Origin: Okeania sp.
GTDB lineage: Bacteria; Cyanobacteriota; Cyanobacteriia; Cyanobacteriales; Microcoleaceae
Direction of reading: 5' to 3'
DNA: 6,565 nucleotides
NCBI RefSeq assembly: GCF_035285525.1
Contig: NZ_JAYKGW010000022.1
Span: 1-6,565, forward strand
In this document: piece after piece, positions 1 to 5,141 of the stretch
Layout: each line of letters begins with the position of its first letter
Position numbering within the stretch: the first letter of the stretch is position 1
Program-made: the position numbers and the translations under genes
Notes under the pieces: generated by a model
What the model was told of the DNA's origin: nothing
Databases searched by the model: none
Seen by the model: only the letters and a program-made list of their open reading frames with translations

Positions 1-96
1 TGTTTGGAAAGGGGGGAGATAGCATAGAATCTTGTTTGGAAAGGGGGGAGATAGCATAGAATCTTGTTTGGAAAGGGGGGAGATAGCAGGGGATCG
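1..96. repeat. 32-bp tandem repeat (unit tgtttggaaaggggggagatagcatagaatct). Two identical copies plus a third that degenerates in its last 8 nt. The array starts at the window edge and may continue upstream.
   Basis: Copies at 1-32 and 33-64 are identical by direct comparison. The third copy (65-96) matches through position 88 and then diverges (ggggatcg versus tagaatct). The period is 32, not a multiple of 3, and stops occur in all frames, so it is non-coding. Each unit carries a G6 tract. Confidence 0.9.
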
Positions 97-186
97 TAAA
101 TTACCTTAAAATATATAATATAGGTAATTAGTTGATGAAAAATTTTGTACCTTCTCACCTGATTATTTCCTTTGTGCCCTTACTAG

Positions 187-213
187 CCCCCCTTTCAAAG
201 GGGGGTTGGGGGG
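187..213. repeat. GC-rich perfect palindrome CCCCCCTTT-c-AAAGGGGGG followed by tt and a second G6 tract. Possible hairpin or terminator about 60 nt downstream of the 189-aa ORF.
   Basis: 187-195 (cccccc ttt) is the exact reverse complement of 197-205 (aaa gggggg). A second G6 run lies at 208-213. There is no flanking U-tract on either strand, so the terminator role is uncertain. The aaagggggg core also occurs in every unit of the 32-bp tandem repeat at 1-96. Confidence 0.35.
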
Positions 214-258
214 ATATACTCATAAGTCCAGGCAATATCATTTTATTCACCAATACTT

Positions 259-279
259 AATTATCAATTATCCATTATC
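259..279. repeat. Heptanucleotide tandem repeat AATTATC x2 plus CATTATC. It overlaps the stop codon of the 264..833 ORF.
   Basis: aattatc (259-265), aattatc (266-272), cattatc (273-279). On the minus strand this reads gataatg gataatt gataatt and encodes the terminal D-N-stop. Confidence 0.7.
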
Positions 280-833
280 CTCTGAAGACTCGATAAATCT
301 ACATAATGTTTAAAGTCTCTGCACCAACCATAGTGAGGAGCATTAGTCCACCCTAACTGTACACAACTGCTATCTATACCTTCAATAAGTGCAAATTCCC
401 TCGTCTTGTAGACAACCCGATATTTACCTGGCCAACCCACTACAATCACAATATCATTGACTTGAATCTCCGTATGCTTCCTCAATTTCTTCTGGTGTTG
501 CTTGTCTAACTGTACCATCATGGTCTTCAATAAGCCATCTACTTTTGTCGTCTTGGTAAACTCGGCAACCATCTTTAGTGTATCCGTATGCCATGATTTT
601 ATGTGATAATCAATTAATTGTTCAATAGTTGTGAAAAAACCTTTTAGCTTTATTTCTGACTCTAGTCTAGTATTTGTAATTTCTGTTATGAAAGGCTGTG
701 ATAAATTGCTTCTACCACAACTATCTAGAGAGTGTCTAGCTAACAAGCAGTTTTTGTTATTTTCTGCCAGCAGAATATAACCAGATTGCCATACTCCATA
801 GTGATTTAATTCAACTGTTTTAGCCATTTCCAT
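264..833 (-). CDS. Hypothetical protein, 189 aa, no family recognised.
   Basis: This is a long open frame in AT-rich DNA where stops are frequent. It has an ATG start with agga about 12 nt upstream and a TGA stop. The C-terminal third (VNDIVIVVGWPGKYRVVYKTREFALIEG) looks like a small beta-rich, SH3-like module. I cannot assign a family from memory. Confidence 0.6.
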   Translation of the reverse strand: MEMAKTVELNHYGVWQSGYILLAENNKNCLLARHSLDSCGRSNLSQPFITEITNTRLESEIKLKGFFTTIEQLIDYHIKSWHTDTLKMVAEFTKTTKVDGLLKTMMVQLDKQHQKKLRKHTEIQVNDIVIVVGWPGKYRVVYKTREFALIEGIDSSCVQLGWTNAPHYGWCRDFKHYVDLSSLQRIMDN

Positions 834-901
834 TTATTTTTCCTGTAATTATCCGACGTAAATAGTTAGCCGTTAATTGCTCCATGTTAATTTTAACAGT
901 A

Positions 902-909
902 GCGATCGC
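902..909. repeat. HIP1 octamer GCGATCGC
   Basis: Exact GCGATCGC within agcgatcgct, in the higA / ORF189 intergenic region. HIP1 is a highly iterated palindrome characteristic of many cyanobacterial genomes. Confidence 0.9.
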
Positions 910-937
910 TTCTTAACTAAATAGACTAGAATTAACT

Positions 938-1315
938 TTAAAAAAAATTTCCTAATATTTTAGCTTGTTCTGAAGTAATCTCTTCTGTACCATTAATCAA
1001 ATCGATCCCTACCCTCTCCGAACCAATAACTTTGACTAAATCTGCAAAATTTACTCCCTGTTGTTCCATCAAAAATCGTAACATTGAATCAGGAGTTGAT
1101 GCGGAACCTGGGTGATAAAAATCTTGCTCAAACATTTCAATTAAAACAATTAATAATTCATATAAAGTTTCTGGCTCCGGAGTCAGATTTTGAATGTGCA
1201 TTAACTCTTCTAAAATTGCTAGTGCTTTTTCATTTTCCGACTCTGTTTTTATTACTTTTAGCTGATATTTAGCTAACAACTCACTATATTTTTTTGAACT
1301 AAAAGTAAGGGTCAT
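938..1315 (-). CDS. higA: HigA-family antitoxin (COG5499-like): N-terminal helical region plus C-terminal HTH.
   Basis: The translation is MTLTFSSKKYSELLAKYQLKVIKTESENEKALAILEEL...SMLRFLMEQQGVNFADLVKVIGSERVGIDLINGTEEITSEQAKILGNFF. This matches the E. coli HigA-type architecture, with the HTH in the C-terminal half. I prefer the ATG at 1315 (M11 of the track ORF) because AAGGAG (1331..1326) lies 10 nt upstream and the start then overlaps the higB 3' end, as is typical. The alternative start is 1345. The gene lies immediately downstream of higB, which is the characteristic higBA gene order. Confidence 0.8.
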   Translation of the reverse strand: MTLTFSSKKYSELLAKYQLKVIKTESENEKALAILEELMHIQNLTPEPETLYELLIVLIEMFEQDFYHPGSASTPDSMLRFLMEQQGVNFADLVKVIGSERVGIDLINGTEEITSEQAKILGNFF

Positions 1316-1730
1316 TTTTCCAATACTCCTTATCATATTCTGCATGGGTGAGAATGTACTTAATATAAATCAATTGTCTTTGGTAATCTATACTAACAAT
1401 TAAACGATATTTATTGCCCTTAATATTGAAAACTGTAAAATTACCAACAATTTATGCTGAAGGAAAGACTGATTTAACATCAAGCAAATTTGACCAATTA
1501 GCTTGACTAACAACTTTAAACCAATTATCTAACGTATCTTTAGAGTCACTATGGCTAAGGGTATATTCCCTTACAGCGGTTTTCATGATTAGTAAACCAC
1601 AGTAGGGACGTTGCATAACAAAAATGCGTTTCATGTCGCGCAGCGATACGTCCCTACAAGATTTTGGTTATGGCGATATGGTTCATTGATTTGAAAAGCG
1701 CTGTAAATATCAATAGCTAATAACCTGCAT
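1299..1730 (-). pseudogene. higB: HigB-family (RelE-superfamily) toxin gene, inactivated by a TGA at codon 7, a MITE insertion after codon 8, and an in-frame TAA at 1452..1454.
   Basis: The reconstruction removes 1574..1703 and one TA. It reads MQVISY*YLREYTLSHSDSKDTLDNWFKVVSQANWSNLLDVKSVFPSA*IVGNFTVFNIKGNKYRLIVSIDYQRQLIYIKYILTHAEYDKEYWKNDPYF. This is colinear with the HigB consensus as I recall it: M-x-[VL]-I-[ST]-x-K-x-L-[RK]-[ED]-[FY] ... FPSAD-VGN-x-x-VFNIGGNKYRL ... THAEYDK. The frame is preserved across both stops and across the MITE. The natural stop is TAG at 1299..1301, overlapping the higA start by 17 nt. Confidence 0.8.
1571..1706. mobile_element. MITE-like element, copy A, 136 bp, with terminal inverted repeats TTACAGCGGTTTTCA / TGAAAAGCGCTGTAA and an internal 9-bp-stem hairpin. 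Inserted in higB.
   Basis: The ends are inverted repeats matching at 14 of 15 positions. The internal hairpin is GTAGGGACG ... CGTCCCTAC. A diverged copy in the opposite orientation lies at 5142..5251. Both copies sit in a T-TA...TA-A context, so either the element is CAG...CTG with a TA duplication of a TTAA(AT) target, or the TTA/TAA ends belong to the element. It has no coding capacity. Confidence 0.8.
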
Positions 1731-1959
1731 CTGTTAATCATAAAAACAACAAGTTAGTTTATTTTTACATAATACCAGCTTTGGTGGTATTAGCTATGAT
1801 TTTTTCAAACATTAGAAACCTGGTCTGTATTAAATTTTTTATTATACTACAATCTATCCTCAACAAACCCGGCTTTTTAATAATGCAAACTTAGATTTCA
1901 TGGCTTGATTTACCCACCCCTAAAAACGATAAAATTTCTGTACTCTTTAGCTTCTCTTC

Positions 1960-1990
1960 AATTATTAATTATTAATTATTAATTATCAAT
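1960..1990. repeat. Heptanucleotide tandem repeat AATTATT x3, then AATTATC, then AAT. It overlaps the stop codon of the GT41 gene.
   Basis: aattatt at 1960-1966, 1967-1973 and 1974-1980; aattatc at 1981-1987; aat at 1988-1990. The minus strand reads gat aat taa taa tta ata att and encodes the terminal D-N-stop of the 740-aa protein. Confidence 0.8.
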
Positions 1991-4201
1991 ATATATCTGC
2001 CACATCTGCTGATACGCATTTTCCATTTCGCGGGTAAACTGTTTCGCATTCCACAAAGGTGCAGTCCGTTTAGACTGGCGTAACTTCCAGGATACTTCTT
2101 TCCGTAAATTTTCATCTCTTCCCAGACGAATACCCCATTCTACATATTCCTCATCACTCCAAGCAATACCTTCGGTGATGCCAGCATTCATCATCATGGT
2201 ATAGCTATTTCTGGCAGCAAACTGTTGACCAACTTTTGTCACCATAGGAATACACATCCATAAAGTTTCTAATGTTGTGGTTGCCCCATTGTAGGGGTAA
2301 GTGTCAAGCACAACATCTGCAATCTGCAAATTTGCTCTGTGAATTTCTTCTAAAGCAACTCTACCCGTAAATTTAATGCGATCGCTACTAACACCTTCTG
2401 CTGCTGCTGTGTCAATAATTAATTCATTGAGAAATTCTTCATTGCCAAACCCTTTCATTAAAAAATAACTGTTGGGAACTTCTTTCAGAATTTTCATTTG
2501 CAGTCTTATTGTATTAGGATTATATTTAGGTCCCCTCTGAGCTGTAAAATATACCACCGCATCACTGGGAATATCTAAGTTATCTCGACGCAAACTAGGC
2601 TGCGAAACTTCAAACCCATCTACTGCTACATAAGTTTGTGGTAATCGCCAGATTTTTTCTGAATAATACTTCTGAGCATCCTCTGGCAAAACATAGGGAT
2701 CGGCAATATAATAATCAATAGTAGGTACTCCCGAAGCATCCCAACCCAACCAAGTCACTTGTATTGGTGCTGGTTTCAATGCCATAATCCAACAACTATT
2801 AGTTAAAGTCAGACTATCTAAATCAATTAAAACATCTATCTCATCTGCATAAATTTGTTCTGCTACTTCTGAACTAACCATTCCTCCATATAAATGTGCT
2901 TTAGTTACTTGATTGACATACCATTCTTGTAAAGTATCATCTCTCTTTTTAGAACCTAATAAATAAGCATATACTTGAAATTTATCTTGATTGTGGTGTT
3001 TCAATAACCAACGTGCAATCCAACCAACGGAATGTTTTCTGAAGCAATGAGAAATATATCCAATCTTTAAAGGTTTTTCTGATAAATATTTTCTTTGGGA
3101 TAATCCTTGACAGTATTTATTAACTTGATTCTCAGATGTTTTTTCTACATAAATTTGGCATGCTTGTGAAAGCTGACTGCGTAGTTTAACATTTTTTTGG
3201 GGGCAATCAAATACATAGGGGAAAAAAAAGCTGGTATTATATAATCTCATTGCTTCTCGACCAACTTTTGATGGTGTTTTTTCGATCAGGTCTTTTATTA
3301 ACAATTCTTGACGCTCTATCAATGCTTTTGCTTCTTGGTTATAACCCCCCGCAGACATCATTGCCCGCAGTATGATGTGGTTATTATAAATTTTATGATG
3401 TAACTTTTCAGAAATAGCATAAGAACGTTCAGCATACTCTATAGCTTTTACATATTCTGTTAATTCTGCAGAAAATTGAGACATAGTACCCAATAAACCT
3501 TGGTTCTTGGGTGTAATCTGTAGAAATAAATCTCCATAATCTCGGGCGATATTTACTGCTGCAAATGAGTAAGCAACTTCATACAAAACTTGAGTAAAGC
3601 TATTCACAATAGCTTTTCCTTCTTCTTCTTTCGCCTGTTTGATATATTTTACACAAGCTGCTGCAAAGTCTAAAGAAGATTGATGTATAGGATTGTATAT
3701 CAACAGTTTTTTCAAGACATGATGTAATAAATCTAAATCAACTTCTAAAGGTGGATCAGTTTGTAATTGATCTATAATTCCATATTCAATTAGTTGTTCT
3801 CCTGTATAGTTTTCTAAAGAAATTGATAAATCAACTAAATGCAGTAAATTTTCAATCTCGGTGGGATTAATTTCCCGAATATGCTGCCGAAGTGCCCACG
3901 CAACAGAAAAATCCTCTAGAGCAGACCTTCGGTTTGCCTCTTTTGCCAATACTTGAATTAACTCTCTCATCCAATGCTCGACTTGCTCCGGTTCCCCATT
4001 TGCCATTCCTAGTAACCAAGTTGTCTGTGCTGCTTCTTCTTCTCCTTGCAATAGCAAAATCAACCCCAACTGCCAATAGTAAGACTTATTTTCAGGATTC
4101 CTATCTATTGCCTGTTCATATAAAATAGCTGCTTGATGATAGCCACCATCAAGGAAGTATTTATTTACCTCTTGTTGCCAATTAGTTGTGTCATTAGACA
4201 T
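1979..4201 (-). CDS. TPR-repeat protein with a C-terminal GT41-type glycosyltransferase domain (SPINDLY / O-GlcNAc-transferase-like, COG3914).
   Basis: 740-aa uninterrupted ORF. The N-terminus has TPR-like repeats (YHQAAILYEQAIDRNPENKSYYWQLGLILLLQGEEEAAQ). From about aa 375 (roughly 1982..3079) it is colinear with bacterial SPY/OGT-family proteins as I recall them. Matching segments are KIGYISHCFRKHSVGW...KFQVYAY, IPSDAVVYFTAQRGPKYNPNTIRLQMKILKEVPNSYF, and ADVVLDTYPYNGATTTLETLWMCIPMVTKVGQQFAARNS...PLWNAKQFTREMENAY. It has an ATG start, a TAA stop and an internal HIP1 site. Confidence 0.85.
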   Translation of the reverse strand: MSNDTTNWQQEVNKYFLDGGYHQAAILYEQAIDRNPENKSYYWQLGLILLLQGEEEAAQTTWLLGMANGEPEQVEHWMRELIQVLAKEANRRSALEDFSVAWALRQHIREINPTEIENLLHLVDLSISLENYTGEQLIEYGIIDQLQTDPPLEVDLDLLHHVLKKLLIYNPIHQSSLDFAAACVKYIKQAKEEEGKAIVNSFTQVLYEVAYSFAAVNIARDYGDLFLQITPKNQGLLGTMSQFSAELTEYVKAIEYAERSYAISEKLHHKIYNNHIILRAMMSAGGYNQEAKALIERQELLIKDLIEKTPSKVGREAMRLYNTSFFFPYVFDCPQKNVKLRSQLSQACQIYVEKTSENQVNKYCQGLSQRKYLSEKPLKIGYISHCFRKHSVGWIARWLLKHHNQDKFQVYAYLLGSKKRDDTLQEWYVNQVTKAHLYGGMVSSEVAEQIYADEIDVLIDLDSLTLTNSCWIMALKPAPIQVTWLGWDASGVPTIDYYIADPYVLPEDAQKYYSEKIWRLPQTYVAVDGFEVSQPSLRRDNLDIPSDAVVYFTAQRGPKYNPNTIRLQMKILKEVPNSYFLMKGFGNEEFLNELIIDTAAAEGVSSDRIKFTGRVALEEIHRANLQIADVVLDTYPYNGATTTLETLWMCIPMVTKVGQQFAARNSYTMMMNAGITEGIAWSDEEYVEWGIRLGRDENLRKEVSWKLRQSKRTAPLWNAKQFTREMENAYQQMWQIYIDN
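2378..2385. repeat. HIP1 octamer GCGATCGC (inside the GT41 CDS)
   Basis: Exact GCGATCGC in aatgcgatcgctact. Confidence 0.9.
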
Positions 4202-4221
4202 AAATTCTCAAGTAATATAAA

Positions 4222-4260
4222 GCTACCTACAAAATTAGGTAGCGTTTTGACGCGCTACCT
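4222..4260 (-). promoter_or_regulatory. Three-segment alternative hairpin in the pilA-GT41 intergenic region. It is attenuator-like: two mutually exclusive 8-bp stems, and the 3' stem is followed by a U-rich tract 20 nt before the GT41 ATG.
   Basis: The minus-strand RNA reads AGGUAGCG(4260-4253) CGUCAAAA CGCUACCU(4244-4237) A AUUUUG UAGGUAGC(4229-4222) UUUAUAUUACUUGAGAAUUU AUG. Segment 1 pairs perfectly with segment 2. Segment 2, shifted by 1 nt (4243-4236), pairs perfectly with segment 3. The two stems share 4237-4243, so they cannot coexist. Hairpin 2:3 is followed by UUUAUAUU. Confidence 0.45.
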
Positions 4261-4276
4261 TCTAGTGTTAAGAGTG

Positions 4277-4301
4277 AAAACAGTAATATTTTAGTTTACT
4301 G
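4277..4301 (-). terminator. Weak intrinsic-terminator-like hairpin about 30 nt downstream of the pilA stop.
   Basis: The minus strand reads CAGUAA-acuaaaaua-UUACUG followed by UUUU (4280-4277). The stem is only 6 bp with 2 GC pairs, so the support is modest. Confidence 0.3.
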
Positions 4302-4331
4302 AATAAATTAATTTCTGTTTATGTTAAACAA

Positions 4332-4847
4332 TTACAGAGCTTCTGAATAGGCAGTTGGACAGCTAGTGACTGCAGTGGGATCTGCTCCTGTAGTTGCTGC
4401 TGCACTACTTTCACAAAGTATTGTTTGAGAAGTATTTGCTCCATCAGCTTCTGTAAGGAAAACAATACCTGCATATACTTTTAATCCACCAGCAGCACTT
4501 GATGTCCAACCACGAGCACTAGCACCTGATTCACCAGCTATTGCATAAGTGTAGTTACTGGTTGCAGTCTTGATTCCCAGACCTAATTGAGCAATAGAGG
4601 TTGTGTTAACGATAAACTTACCATTTTCAGCATAATAAGCTTGCTGACCTTTGTTGATAGAAGCAAGATACTGCTTGGCTTCAGACTGCTTAGCTTTATT
4701 AGCTTGGTTTAAGAAGGAAGGTAAAGCAATAGCAGATAAAATTCCGATAATAATAATAACAACCAAAAGTTCGATTAGGGTAAAACCTTCTTCTTTTCTC
4801 TTCTTAGCAACGTGTTGTAAGAACTTAGCTTTAAATTCAGTTTTCAT
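4332..4847 (-). CDS. pilA: Type IV pilin (PilA-like prepilin) with an N-terminal cleavage/methylation motif.
   Basis: A 21-aa basic leader (MKTEFKAKFLQHVAKKRKEEG) is followed by FTLIELLVVIIIIGILSAIALPSF. This gives G at -1, F at +1 and E at +5, with the hydrophobic alpha1-N helix. It is the class III signal recognised by the prepilin peptidase. Two Cys residues (C145 and C163) bracket a C-terminal loop, as in the type IVa pilin D-region. GGAG lies about 10 nt upstream of the ATG (agaggagaaataacaATG). The stop is TAA. Confidence 0.9.
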   Translation of the reverse strand: MKTEFKAKFLQHVAKKRKEEGFTLIELLVVIIIIGILSAIALPSFLNQANKAKQSEAKQYLASINKGQQAYYAENGKFIVNTTSIAQLGLGIKTATSNYTYAIAGESGASARGWTSSAAGGLKVYAGIVFLTEADGANTSQTILCESSAAATTGADPTAVTSCPTAYSEAL

Positions 4848-4904
4848 TGTTATTTCTCCTCTAATAATTAATTGGACGAATAATTTTTTTCTCCTGAAAC
4901 TAAC

Positions 4905-4910
4905 TTACCC
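4905..4910 (-). promoter_or_regulatory. GGGTAA element upstream of pilA. Candidate SigF-type -12 box.
   Basis: The minus strand reads ggtcaggtGGGTAAgttagtttcagg, about 55-60 nt upstream of the pilA ATG. As I recall, the SigF-dependent pilA1 promoter of Synechocystis PCC 6803 uses a GGTAA -12 element with a TAGGC -32 element and a leader of about 50 nt. I do not see a TAGGC-like -32 box here, so this is only a weak candidate. Confidence 0.25.
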
Positions 4911-5141
4911 ACCTGACCAAAATTTCATATCATCCCCCAGAAAATTTTTTTTAGTAGATTGATTTAAGGGGTACAACCCAAAAAGTTCTAAATTCCTAGT
5001 AGGGATTTAGTCCTTAATTTTCATTTTTTTTGGACTAAAGCTCAACTACTAAAGAGTCTAACTATCCCTGTTTTATCCTAATCAGTTCTTGCTATAACTC
5101 CCACTTTCCAACCCAAAGATTCTAGTAAAGTCCGCAAAAGA

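Noticed and set aside
1-96. CRISPR-like or coding interpretation of the 32-bp tandem repeat.
   Set aside because: The units are directly adjacent with no spacers. The period is not divisible by 3, and stops occur in every frame.
99-129. 8-bp inverted repeat AATTACCT ... AGGTAATT with a 15-nt AT loop.
   Set aside because: It is AT-rich, short and isolated in an intergenic region, with no associated gene end or recognisable operator context.
1084-1272. 62-aa plus-strand ORF.
   Set aside because: It lies entirely antisense within higA. It is low-complexity and hydrophobic, with no start context. It is a shadow ORF.
1452-1634. Track ORF of 60 aa (MKRIFVMQRPYCGLLIMKTAV...) taken as an intact small gene.
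   Set aside because: Its first 21 residues are translated from the MITE (1571..1706). The remainder is the interior of higB up to a premature TAA. It is a fragment of the higB pseudogene, not a separate gene.
1772-1794. Hairpin TAATACC-agctttggt-GGTATTA followed by gattttttc on the plus strand (terminator-like).
   Set aside because: There is no plus-strand gene upstream for it to terminate. On the minus strand it lies about 185 nt past the GT41 stop and has no U-tract. The stem is a weak 7 bp.
3867-4128. 69-aa minus-strand and 78-aa plus-strand ORFs (3867..4076 and 3892..4128).
   Set aside because: Both are embedded in alternative frames or antisense to the TPR region of the 740-aa GT41 gene, whose frame is far better supported. 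They are shadow ORFs.
4651-4962. 103-aa plus-strand ORF.
   Set aside because: It is antisense to the 5' half of pilA, including the conserved prepilin motif, and runs into the pilA upstream region. It has no independent support.
5006-5039. Inverted repeat TTTAGTCC ... GGACTAAA with an 18-nt T-rich loop upstream of pilA.
   Set aside because: The 8-bp stem has a long loop and no adjacent U-tract or gene end that it could terminate. I cannot distinguish it from a chance match or a binding site.
5040-5141. Minus-strand peptide fragment LLRTLLESLGWKVGVIARTD* next to MITE copy B, faintly reminiscent of HicA-type toxins.
   Set aside because: There are only about 20 codons, with no start and no further family motifs. 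It does not join in frame with the 33-aa ORF across the MITE. It is too short to call.
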